IMG/VR virus record: IMGVR_UViG_3300029455_000002
Location: 1-64,000 of that record
Length of the DNA: 64,000 nucleotides
Origin: a virus
Direction: 5' to 3' (one strand)
Part shown: piece by piece, positions 18,807 through 27,496 of the stretch
Layout of the letters: the number at the start of each line of letters is the position of its first letter
Numbering within the stretch: the stretch's first letter is position 1
Program-made: the position numbers and the translations under genes
The notes under the pieces: model-generated
Told to the model about the DNA's origin: nothing
The model's input: only the letters and a program-made list of their open reading frames with translations
Database searches by the model: none

Positions 18807-18935
18807 AATATTCGAATTAAAACCATAGGAGGAAAACTTGTGTGTGAGACACAGGCAAAACCATCGTAGACGGCAGAAATGCGGTCTTTTTTTGTTGCCA
18901 AAATTATGTTAATATGGTTGTATGGAGGTGATGTT

Positions 18936-19690
18936 GTGATACATACCGCATATGATGTAATGAAAGAATACCTGATAACCGGAGCAGAATTGGATGGCCC
19001 GTACCAGATACCGGTTATTCCGCCGATACAGCTGGCGCCGAAGAAAAGTATAGATTTTGTTTCTTCAAAATCCAGATCATTGAAAGGGCATAAGGACCTG
19101 ACGGTGAATTTTTATATTGACGATAAAAGTTTTCTGAAGGTATGGAATCAGCCGGACCAGTACGTTGAACATCTCAAATGTTTCCATTCGGTTTGCAGTC
19201 CGGATTTCACAATTGCTTCTGGGATGCCTACGGCACTAAATATATACAACCTATACAGGAATCATGCTCTAGGCTTCTATTTTGCGATTTTAGGCGTTAA
19301 TATCATACCATCGGTAAATGTGTTATCAGTCCAAAGGAAATGCCTTGGATTTTCGATGGTACGCCGCGCAGAAGCACTGTATCATGTTGCACCAACGGGA
19401 GAGTACGGTCTAAGTCTGCCAGATTGGAATTTTGTGAGAATTTCAAGGAAATGCTAGACGCAATAGAGCCGACAAAGGTTGTGATCGTTGGCATCGTACC
19501 GGACGAACTCAATGTGGATGTGCCAATAATAAACCTCAATTCACGTAGCCAGAACATGAAGGAGATGTTCAGAAAGGAAGGACCATGGGAACAGTCAGTA
19601 GCGGATCAGCAAAACGAAGAAACAAAGAAACCGGTCGGCAGAAGAAGCGCCGAAGCAGACTTTTCAGTATTATGGGACGAAGAAACATGA
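18936..19690 (+). pseudogene. DUF4417-family protein, frameshifted
   Basis: FYIDD...SPDFT...YRNHALG...IIPSVN lies in one frame. The expected continuation PWIFDGTPRRSTV...VVIVG lies in the -1 frame (ORF 19340-19690). Confidence 0.5.
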
Positions 19691-19786
19691 CTGGAAAAGA
19701 TGAATTGAATGTGATGAAGTGAAAATTTACATCACGCCGAGCTACGTTATAGAAAATTATATGCAGAATGCACAAACATAAAAAAG

Positions 19787-19826
19787 TCGCAGGTCTGAAT
19801 CAGTTTCAGATTTCTGCGATTTTTTT
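19787..19826 (+). terminator. intrinsic terminator
   Basis: TCGCAG-G-TCTGAA...TTCAGA-TTT-CTGCGA followed by T7. Confidence 0.7.
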
Positions 19827-20603
19827 CAGATTTCCCCAGTTCAAACCGTACCGGTTTTGATACTGCTTCTGACTTGTCGTACATTTCCTTGGTGCTCTTG
19901 CCCCATCCCGGGACCGTCCCGGGAACCTCCGGCCGATCAGTGGCAGACCGCCACTGTGAACCCATGAAAACCCCACCGCCCGGCACGATCTGACAAAATC
20001 AGAGTCAAATAACACAGCCCGCCGGGGATAACCCGGGAGCGGACCGGGAACAACTGCGAAAGCGCAGAGCCAGTGTCAGGCACAGCCAGAGTCAAAATCA
20101 ATTCTAATATAACGCTGTAAAATGCGTTTAAAAACGTTATTGTACAGTTATGGTAAAATATACAGAAATCACATAAAACGCGCTCAAAAATCCAAATACG
20201 GCGCTACAGAAGTATTTAGGACACAACCGCCCAAGCAAAAACGCCTAAAAGCGTACAGAAATAAGACCGCCGGAGCAATCACGAACAAAGCCCGCATAGC
20301 CCCGCACAGTCTGGAAGTATAAAGACCAGACCGGGCGAAGCGTCCGCGCAACTATACAGAGTAATAATAACCCCGTTGCGCTCTGTCGTCAATCCCTGTT
20401 ATTAATTCGACATTTGAAGATTTAAGGCGGTTTTATATACTTGTGATAAAATATACCAGAATCACGATAAAAGCCGTTAAAACATCAAATAGAAGCCGAT
20501 ACAGCTATATAATTGTCAATGCACATCACACCGGGACACAAGCCCCGGAGAAGTCCTGCACAGGTCACGAACCACCGCCGCCCGGAGCAAATGCAAGACA
20601 CCA

Positions 20604-20628
20604 GAAAAAGAGCAGCGCTTTACTGCTC
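20604..20628 (-). terminator. intrinsic terminator of the minus-strand operon
   Basis: On the minus strand: GAGCAG-TAAAGCG-CTGCTC followed by TTTTT. The hairpin overlaps the TAA stop at 20620-20622. Confidence 0.6.
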
Positions 20629-21004
20629 TAAGTAATTTATATTCGTGATTTGGGGTAAGTCCCGGAAAAACTCAGAAAAACCGCTGTCAGTAATATTATA
20701 CTGGCGGTCAGATGTTGGAATCATGCGACCATCTTTTATCTCCATGCAGGAAAGTTGTAAATATCCCGGTTTTTTTAGTAGATTTATGCAGCGCGTATCG
20801 CATAACAGACATCGCACCAGACTGGCAGCGCACCGGCGGTAAGTCGTACCAGACCAGCGGGACAGCACCGGAAGAAACCGTATCAAAGACCTGTTTAGCG
20901 TCTCTTTTTGCAGCTGCTCCGATTTTATCAACAATGGAAAAATCCCCGCTTAAAATGGCGTCAACGGTCTGCTCAGACGTTGGTTTTGCAATTCTGTCTA
21001 TCAT
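20620..21004 (-). CDS. hypothetical protein, apparently frameshifted at a 7-nt homopolymer
   Basis: The start at 21004 has RBS AAAGGAG and this frame stops at 20708. A second frame runs to 20620, just before the terminator. A6 instead of A7 at 20770-20776 would fuse the two into 127 aa. Confidence 0.35.
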
Positions 21005-21077
21005 ATATAAACTCCTTTCTGATTGAAAAACAGGCGGGAAAGCCCCGCCCGAAATTGTTTTATTTGATTTAAAAAGC

Positions 21078-21446
21078 CTAAATCCTTTTTATAAACTCGG
21101 TTTCCGTATAGTTTTCTCCGGTTACCTCATTCACAAATGCCAAGATTCCGGACTTTGTGAAATCAAAGCGGGTAAAGTCAAAGCCCCTTTGTGCAAGCCT
21201 GTATTCATAAGAACGTCCGCAGCCTTCAGCGTCGTAATACGTTCCGTCGATATGCAAGGCGTTAGGCTGTACCACTGGACAGCCTTTTTTATTTGCGTCG
21301 CGCCTCTGGTAGCTTCCAAAATCCGCAATAACGTGCAGGCCGTCCAATGTATCAAATTCTGCGCGAACTCTGCAATTTGGAACGTCTGAGCCGTTTCTAT
21401 AGCCTGTTCCTGTATATCCGTATTCTACTAATGTTAATTTTTTCAT
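21078..21446 (-). CDS. hypothetical protein
   Basis: 122-aa ORF with RBS GGAGGA upstream. Confidence 0.5.
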   Translation of the reverse strand: MKKLTLVEYGYTGTGYRNGSDVPNCRVRAEFDTLDGLHVIADFGSYQRRDANKKGCPVVQPNALHIDGTYYDAEGCGRSYEYRLAQRGFDFTRFDFTKSGILAFVNEVTGENYTETEFIKRI

Positions 21447-21517
21447 GTTTTTAATCCTCCTGATTTTATTTTAAAAGGCCGCCGGGGAAATGCTCCCCGG
21501 TACGCTTGCCAGCCTGG

Positions 21518-21727
21518 TTATGATTCTATTGTTCGGCCGTGGCCGTCCATGAAGACCTCGCCGGCAGGCCACTGACAAAGCTTCGCGCGACCTTCTTTAA
21601 CAACGCGTTCGTTATCGCGTCCGGCGTGCTGGATTGCCTTGTATGTGATTGTTTTAGCGGTTTTATTTACGATTTCAAACACCAAACCGCTTTCATGGTA
21701 TCTTTTTCCGATTTCAAATTTTTTCAT
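21518..21727 (-). CDS. hypothetical protein
   Basis: 69-aa ORF with RBS AGGTAAAAGGA. Confidence 0.5.
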   Translation of the reverse strand: MKKFEIGKRYHESGLVFEIVNKTAKTITYKAIQHAGRDNERVVKEGRAKLCQWPAGEVFMDGHGRTIES

Positions 21728-21806
21728 ATCCTTTTACCTCTTTTCTTATTTTTTTGAAATCCGGCGGTTGCGTTGGGGCTACGGCTTGACCGCCGCCGGA
21801 GGGAAT

Positions 21807-22049
21807 TTATTTAGATGGTTTTTCGTATCGAATAATCGCAACCTGTTCGCCGGTGGACTTTAGAGCACCGAACCCGTTAAACATCGGGCCGTTAAGCCCT
21901 AACAAGAGCGGCTGCCCTTGCAGTTCGTCCCGGTGCGCCGGGTTTTCATTGTACCCGTAAATAAGCGAATTGAACTGCTCAGCGGTTTTGATCTCTTTCG
22001 GAAGATCATAAACAACGGTTTCGCCTGTAAACATTTTTCCTGTAATCAT
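21807..22049 (-). CDS. hypothetical protein
   Basis: 80-aa ORF with RBS AAAGGAGAAAAA. Confidence 0.5.
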   Translation of the reverse strand: MITGKMFTGETVVYDLPKEIKTAEQFNSLIYGYNENPAHRDELQGQPLLLGLNGPMFNGFGALKSTGEQVAIIRYEKPSK

Positions 22050-22288
22050 TGATTTTTCTCCTTTTCTGTGATATTTTATTTTTGCTGGTATTTTAATAAT
22101 TTTTATTTATGACCCCGGAGCTTTTCGGGGTCTTTTTCATGCTGACATTTTATAAAGAATAAGGAATTTTAATTCCTCATACTGTCGGGAGTTAATCCCG
22201 GAGAAGTCGTTCCCGATCAGGTCCAGGAGCTTCACCAATTTTCTTTTTGTGTGGGCCTTTTCAATCTGCCCCAGATAGATGTTATATC

Positions 22289-22507
22289 TCATTTTTTTAT
22301 TTCCTCCAGTCTAATAACAAGCCCTAACTCATTATTCTTGTTTGATCTTGTGATATAGAAATCAATCACTCGATCATCAAAATATTTTTTGCAGGTCTGA
22401 AGCATTTTCCCGCTCATTTCCCATTCTACAAGCTCGCTTTTTCTGCCTTTCTGGATTTCGAAGAAATCACAGTGCATTGTGTTGAATAAGTCTAAAAATT
22501 TAATCAT
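22289..22507 (-). CDS. hypothetical protein, first gene of the divergent minus-strand operon
   Basis: 72-aa ORF with RBS GGAGGA at 22512-22517 (minus strand). Confidence 0.5.
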   Translation of the reverse strand: MIKFLDLFNTMHCDFFEIQKGRKSELVEWEMSGKMLQTCKKYFDDRVIDFYITRSNKNNELGLVIRLEEIKK

Positions 22508-22565
22508 GTTTTCCTCCGTTCCCCCGGCTCTATGTCTGGGTTGCTTGTTCTCTGCTGATGGTTAT

Positions 22566-22594
22566 ATAATACCAGATATAACGCACATATACAA
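22566..22594 (-). promoter_or_regulatory. sigma-70-like promoter (TTGTAT-17-TATTAT) with an operator in the spacer
   Basis: The reverse complement of 22566-22594 reads TTGTAT, a 17-nt spacer and TATTAT. The spacer contains the 15-bp operator. Confidence 0.5.
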
Positions 22595-22690
22595 GATGGT
22601 ATAATGCATAAATAACGCACATATAAAACGCTTAAAACTGTATAATATGTATAACGCACATATAACTATTGACAATATAACGCACATACA
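22577..22690. promoter_or_regulatory. four copies of the 15-bp operator TATAACGCACATATA
   Basis: Copies at 22577-22591, 22611-22625, 22650-22664 and 22676-22690. Confidence 0.75.
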
Positions 22691-22697
22691 TTATAAT
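22669..22697 (+). promoter_or_regulatory. consensus promoter TTGACA-17-TATAAT with an operator in the spacer
   Basis: TTGACA at 22669-22674 and TATAAT at 22692-22697. Confidence 0.7.
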
Positions 22698-22730
22698 AGA
22701 AGAAAAATTGAAGAGGAGGAACAGTGAATA

Positions 22731-22916
22731 ATGGCAACTGATGCACAGAGAAAAGCGGTTAGAAACTATGAGAAAAACAATTATAGATTGAATATTGTCT
22801 TTCCTAAGGAAACAAAGGAGAGAATAGAAAACCTACATCTAAATAAAAGTAATAGTGCTTTTATTCGTGATACGGTTCTTGCAGAACTGGAAAGACTTGA
22901 AAAAATATTGAAATAA
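22731..22916 (+). CDS. ribbon-helix-helix (CopG/Arc-like) DNA-binding protein, candidate operator-binding repressor
   Basis: 61 aa. YRLNIVFPKETKERIENL fits a beta-strand plus helices RHH pattern. RBS GAGGAGGA. Confidence 0.55.
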   Translation: MATDAQRKAVRNYEKNNYRLNIVFPKETKERIENLHLNKSNSAFIRDTVLAELERLEKILK

Positions 22917-22958
22917 CGCACATATACACTTGACATATAACACACATAGATGTATAAT
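22912..22958 (+). promoter_or_regulatory. second consensus promoter TTGACA-17-TATAAT with operator copies 5 and 6
   Basis: Operator at 22912-22926, TTGACA at 22930-22935, a degenerate operator at 22936-22950, and TATAAT at 22953-22958. Confidence 0.65.
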
Positions 22959-23055
22959 AAAGACAGTTAAAGAAAACCATTTCAAAAGCCCATTCGGGCG
23001 GGGCGGTCGCCCTAGTAACTGGAAACCTTGCATGGAAAAATATGGAGGAATAAAA

Positions 23056-23349
23056 ATGAAAATACAGGGAATCGGAACAGTAAGAAAAGAAGTAGCAATG
23101 CAGTTTTTAACAGAGGACGGAAAGAAAGCCGTGAAAAGTGGTGAGATCACCACACAGGAGCTTGGAGAAATGTACAAGCTTCATGAAATCAAAAAACTTT
23201 CCAGAATTGGAAAGTGTAGCGATTTATTTGCAAATTGCTATAAATGGATTCCGGAAAGCTTACAAGAAAAGCTTTCACCAGAAGAACTAGCACAGCTCAC
23301 AGATGCATTTTATGAATGCTATGGAGCCGGAAAAAATGCACAAAAATAG
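23056..23349 (+). CDS. hypothetical protein
   Basis: ATG 23056 follows GGAGGA. The track ORF start at 22930 lies inside the promoter. Confidence 0.45.
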   Translation: MKIQGIGTVRKEVAMQFLTEDGKKAVKSGEITTQELGEMYKLHEIKKLSRIGKCSDLFANCYKWIPESLQEKLSPEELAQLTDAFYECYGAGKNAQK

Positions 23350-23541
23350 AGCTTTTAGTTAAGCTCTATTTAAAAAAATACTGTAAATAAAATTATTTCA
23401 ATCCGTAGCTAAAAGGGGATTGCTATTTAGCCCGCCTGTAAAGCATCCATCACAGGTGACAAAATAAGTATATCTCTTAGTCGCGGAAAAGTCAAGAAAA
23501 AAAACCGCATAGCCCCGGACAGGGGCGGACAGGAGGGAAAA

Positions 23542-23817
23542 ATGGCAGTTACGAGATCATGGAAAGTATATGGAAAGTACGGCGGCCACTGGTTATCAGA
23601 AAGCTTCTTGCCGTCAAGAAAATACGATTGGAGCAGTAAAGAGGACGGCGTGAGAATTGTCGAGATAGAGAATGCCGATAAAACCGGTTCAAATCTTTAT
23701 TCGATTATCAGGATAACAAGAGATAGCGCTGAATTATGTGAACGTGAATTTAACGGCCAGTTAAGTGACGGAATTTTTGAAAATTTCCGAACTGGAAACA
23801 TTGAAGAACTTGCATAA
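23542..23817 (+). CDS. hypothetical protein
   Basis: 91-aa ORF with RBS AGGAGGGA, followed by a terminator at 23901-23932. Confidence 0.45.
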   Translation: MAVTRSWKVYGKYGGHWLSESFLPSRKYDWSSKEDGVRIVEIENADKTGSNLYSIIRITRDSAELCEREFNGQLSDGIFENFRTGNIEELA

Positions 23818-24581
23818 TTACGAACAATGATATAAAATATAAACAGCGTATAAACGGGAGTGATATTTGAGAATGATGTAAATTTAGCTCCGTAAACGCA
23901 AAAGCCCCTGGGAGATAATCCCGGGGCTTTTGCTGTCTTATTCTGGCGGCGTAACGACGGCGCGGCACTCAGCCGGTAAACAGCCCCACCGCCGAAGCTG
24001 TTAAAATACATTTATCACAAAACCGCCGAAGTTGTCAAGCAAAATTTTTTTATTTTAAGGCTTGATTTTTAAAACTGATGTGGATAAAATAAAAATAACG
24101 ACAGGCGACGGAACTCAGGAGGGGAGCGATAGCCAGAGCGCGAAAAGAATAAAAATTTAGCAGCCAGATCACGCCGGACAAGGTGCCGGAAGGTCTGGCT
24201 TTTTGTGTTTAATAGCCGGAAAATGACAGTATTACAATGTGTATAAATATATAATAACTGTCTATATAATCCCCTCCAAGATTCTAGAAACCTAGAGTTT
24301 ATTAATATACATGCTATACAGTACCGTATAGATATATAGAGTTAATAAGAGTAACGTAACAGTAAAAATAAAATTAAATAGACTGTTGACAGTGATATAA
24401 AAGTATGATAAAACAGAATTAACAATTGAATAAGCCGAAAGGCAATAAGAATAATAATACTATTTAAGACGATTAAAACCGTAGCAGACGGAAAGAAGAA
24501 AGGGATTTAGAAAAGTCCCAGAATGTATCTGCAAACGCGTTTTTGTCGTCTTTTTTTATTTCAATTTTTGGAGGTGATACA

Positions 24582-25190
24582 GTGAAAAAGAGTAATACAA
24601 CAGTGACAGAACAGGGAATAGAAGTATATGAGAATGATATATACAGGCTTGTGGACGAATATATAAACACTGTGTTACAAGTAACTCCAGAAGAATTTGA
24701 TACACAGAAAGAATATAAAGCTGTTGTTGCTGATAGTTTTGTGGATATGATCTTTTATATTGCGGATAGAATACCGAAACCAGGTACAGAGGATATAGAA
24801 TTATTAGATAATATATTTAGTGTATATGTGAGAATATGTACTAAATACGGAGTGTTACCAACGTTAGAAGTATTTAGCTTTTTGGTAGGAATAGAGCGTA
24901 GAACGTTTACCAAATGGTCTAATGGACAGTACAGGGCAAGCACATCACACGGCGACACGGTTAAAAAATGGTTCGATATCTGCAAGAATTGTACAGTAAA
25001 CAGATTAAACAATCAGCCCGGCACAAATGCCAATTTAATATTTGTTGCCAAAGCTGCTTATGGAATGGCAGAGACAGCACCAGTTCAAACAGCACAGCAG
25101 GACGGCATACCACACCAAACAGCGCAGCAGATCGCAGATAAACACAGAGCGGCGCTGGAGCTTCCAGAGATGGAAAAGCCGGAATTATAA
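24582..25190 (+). CDS. putative terminase small subunit
   Basis: GTG 24582 follows GGAGGTGA. The ...NANLIFVAKAAYGMAE... region and a Q-rich tail resemble TerS proteins. This assignment is weak. Confidence 0.4.
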   Translation: MKKSNTTVTEQGIEVYENDIYRLVDEYINTVLQVTPEEFDTQKEYKAVVADSFVDMIFYIADRIPKPGTEDIELLDNIFSVYVRICTKYGVLPTLEVFSFLVGIERRTFTKWSNGQYRASTSHGDTVKKWFDICKNCTVNRLNNQPGTNANLIFVAKAAYGMAETAPVQTAQQDGIPHQTAQQIADKHRAALELPEMEKPEL

Positions 25191-25523
25191 CAAGATGTTG
25201 TCGCTTCTGGCTTGAATGCACAATATATAGCATTATTCAATGTTCTTTTAGGGTGTACCCTTTTTAGACAGAACGAAAAACAGAAATATTTGTGCAATAT
25301 CACAACAGATTTTCGCCTACAACGCTTCCTTGACCACTGCCGCAGGCCATTAAAGGTCAGCGTTAAGCCAGGGAAGCGGGAACCCATGGGGCGGCGGGCT
25401 TCCCTGGTAGCGTCCGGAATGGATACCGGGGAGGGGGTGTATATAAGCCCCAGCACACGCCGAGTGAGTACCCCGAGCAAAGTCACCTCACTATTTTGTC
25501 CCACATTAATAAGGAGGAACAAT

Positions 25524-25679
25524 ATGCCACATGGCAGACCTACGACTGACCCAAAGGGAGAGTCAATAAGAATCAGAATTAACGATGACATGAGAAAACG
25601 CCTTGAAAAGAAATCCTTTCAGACTGGCCAAAGCATTTCTCAGATCATACGCAATTTAATAACTGAAAACCTGAGTTAA
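25524..25679 (+). CDS. ribbon-helix-helix protein
   Basis: ATG 25524 follows AAGGAGGA. GESIRIRINDDMRKRLEKK fits an RHH pattern. Confidence 0.55.
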   Translation: MPHGRPTTDPKGESIRIRINDDMRKRLEKKSFQTGQSISQIIRNLITENLS

Positions 25680-25867
25680 AAATTTTCCAAAAAATAAAAA
25701 AGAGTTTCCCACGGCAGAGATAGTGGTTGCAACACGACAAGCCATAAGCCTTAATGGTTTCTCTGCCAGAAATTGGGCACAGCTCCTGATTTCTCCGCTG
25801 CGGAGAGTTTAAATATGAGCAGAATAAAATTTAGCTGTTGCTTCAAGGACGGGAACTAATTAAGGCA

Positions 25868-25894
25868 TAAAAAAAGAGAACCATTACGGTTCCC
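25868..25894 (-). terminator. intrinsic terminator
   Basis: On the minus strand: GGGAACC-GTAAT-GGTTCTC followed by T7. It overlaps the stop of the HTH gene. Confidence 0.65.
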
Positions 25895-26117
25895 TTTTGA
25901 GATCACCAGTATTGAATTGCACAACAACATCCGGGATTGTTTCGACAACAATCCGGCAACCGAGAAATTCTAAAATAGAAATCATCTCGTTGGCGGACAG
26001 TGTTTCTCTTGAGAATTTATTCGCCAGCGCTTGAGGAGAAGTGCCAAGATATTCAGCTACCTGAACATTTGTAACTTTTTTCATTTTCATTATTTGCTTA
26101 ATTTTTTGAGATACCAA
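25884..26117 (-). CDS. XRE-family HTH regulator
   Basis: VTNVQVAEYLGTSPQALANKFSRE is an HTH_3-like segment. Confidence 0.65.
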   Translation of the reverse strand: MVSQKIKQIMKMKKVTNVQVAEYLGTSPQALANKFSRETLSANEMISILEFLGCRIVVETIPDVVVQFNTGDLKREP

Positions 26118-26254
26118 AATATCACCTCCTAATCACATAATAAACGCATACGTTAAAAAAATCAATCAAAATTCACTAAAACGTGTATAAACTGCTTGAT
26201 ATTACACACGATACAGTGTATAATTGACTTATAACGAAACGGAGGCGTGTATAT

Positions 26255-26845
26255 ATGAAAATAGGTTATGTAAGAGTATCAACAGTAGATCAGAATGAAG
26301 CAAGGCAGATTGAAGCCATGAAAACGGATGGAGTTGACAAAATTTACATGGATAAGAAATCTGGTAAAGATTTTGACCGTCCCGAATATCAGAAAATGAT
26401 TTCGGAGTTACAAAAAGGTGACGTGCTGGTGATTCATTCTATTGATCGGCTAGGAAGAAATTATGAAGAAATTATCAATGAATGGAGAAGGATTACCAAA
26501 GAAATCGGCGCGGACATTATCGTACAAGACATGCCGTTACTTAATACTTGCCAGAGTAAAGACTTAACTGGTACGTTAATTTCAGATATTGTCCTTCAGC
26601 TTCTTTCTTATGTGGCTCAAAGAGAACGTGAAAACATTCGACAGCGCCAGAGAGAGGGCATAGAAATCGCAAAAGCTCAGGGCAAGTATAAAGGACGTGC
26701 CAAAAAAGAAATTGATAAGGAACTTTTTAAAAGCACCAAAACCAGATGGCAGAATGGAGAGATTACGAAAGTCCAATTTGCAGAAATTATGGGGATTTCA
26801 AGAGGTACCTTATATAAACTATTGGAGGACAATGTGAATGATTGA
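26255..26845 (+). CDS. small serine recombinase (resolvase/invertase family)
   Basis: MKIGYVRVSTVDQ (catalytic Ser), ...DRLGRN..., and a C-terminal HTH ITKVQFAEIMGISRGTLYKL. The promoter TTGATA-17-TATAAT lies upstream. Confidence 0.85.
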   Translation: MKIGYVRVSTVDQNEARQIEAMKTDGVDKIYMDKKSGKDFDRPEYQKMISELQKGDVLVIHSIDRLGRNYEEIINEWRRITKEIGADIIVQDMPLLNTCQSKDLTGTLISDIVLQLLSYVAQRERENIRQRQREGIEIAKAQGKYKGRAKKEIDKELFKSTKTRWQNGEITKVQFAEIMGISRGTLYKLLEDNVND

Positions 26846-27305
26846 TTTTACAAACAAATCTGTTGTTACAGAAAATGATATCGAATCCGAACACTTATTA
26901 AAGAAAGCGGTCGCACAAGGTTTTTCTTTACCAAAAGGTGAAAAAGCAATGGAACCATGTAGATTTTTCCGTTTTGTTGGAAGCCCATACAAGCAGGTTA
27001 TATCTCCTGAGAAGATAACACCGAGCGAGTTCGAACAAGCAGTTAGGTATTCTGAATTATTTGGAGATGAAAGGGAAGACTTAAGGAAAATTGCCGACTT
27101 AGCTGCAAGATGGTGTAGAACATATGGATATAAGCATTTAAGCGTCTTCGCAAATGAAGAAACCGAAAACTACACTGGAAAGGGAATTGCAAAAACCGAA
27201 AATGGAACAGTGCAGCGTGTTGATATTGAAATAAAGAAACCGCGTAAGATAACAATAGCTGAATTAGAGAAACATTTCGGATATCCTATTGAAATTGTAA
27301 GCTGA
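26838..27305 (+). CDS. hypothetical protein
   Basis: 155-aa ORF that overlaps the recombinase stop. Confidence 0.45.
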   Translation: MIDFTNKSVVTENDIESEHLLKKAVAQGFSLPKGEKAMEPCRFFRFVGSPYKQVISPEKITPSEFEQAVRYSELFGDEREDLRKIADLAARWCRTYGYKHLSVFANEETENYTGKGIAKTENGTVQRVDIEIKKPRKITIAELEKHFGYPIEIVS

Positions 27306-27316
27306 GGACGCTGCCT

Positions 27317-27496
27317 ATGAAAAAGAATAACCCTCAGGGCGAATCAATCAGAATCCGGATGCCGTACCAGCTAGAACGAAAGCTCATTGCCGAGAAGCAT
27401 TGGGACAATATTTTCGAAAGAGGTAGACAAAACGCCGACTCAATTTTTCTCAAAAAAATAAAAAAGAGGTTTTTATATGTCAGAAGAATACAGTGA
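27317..27496 (+). CDS. RHH-like paralog of 25524-25679 (59 aa, below the track cut-off)
   Basis: Translated by hand: MKKNNPQGESIRIRMPYQLERKL.... It shares GESIRIR with the first copy. Confidence 0.35.
   Translation: MKKNNPQGESIRIRMPYQLERKLIAEKHWDNIFERGRQNADSIFLKKIKKRFLYVRRIQ

Noticed and set aside
20122-20631. Basic ORFs 20122-20322 and 20443-20631 as paralogous small proteins.
   Set aside because: Their similarity is at the nucleotide level, and an indel shifts the frame between the copies. They are better read as non-coding repeats.
22560-22960. A CRISPR-like array of the repeated 15-mer.
   Set aside because: The spacing is irregular and the repeats are only 15 bp. They coincide with promoter spacers, so they fit operators rather than a CRISPR array. 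No other repeat-spacer array was seen in the window.
25085-25591. The 168-aa minus-strand ORF and the 155-aa plus-strand ORF 25212-25679.
   Set aside because: Neither has an RBS. The minus-strand ORF is antisense to the TerS end and to the RHH gene. A strong RBS supports the short RHH ORF from 25524, so the rest is treated as non-coding leader.
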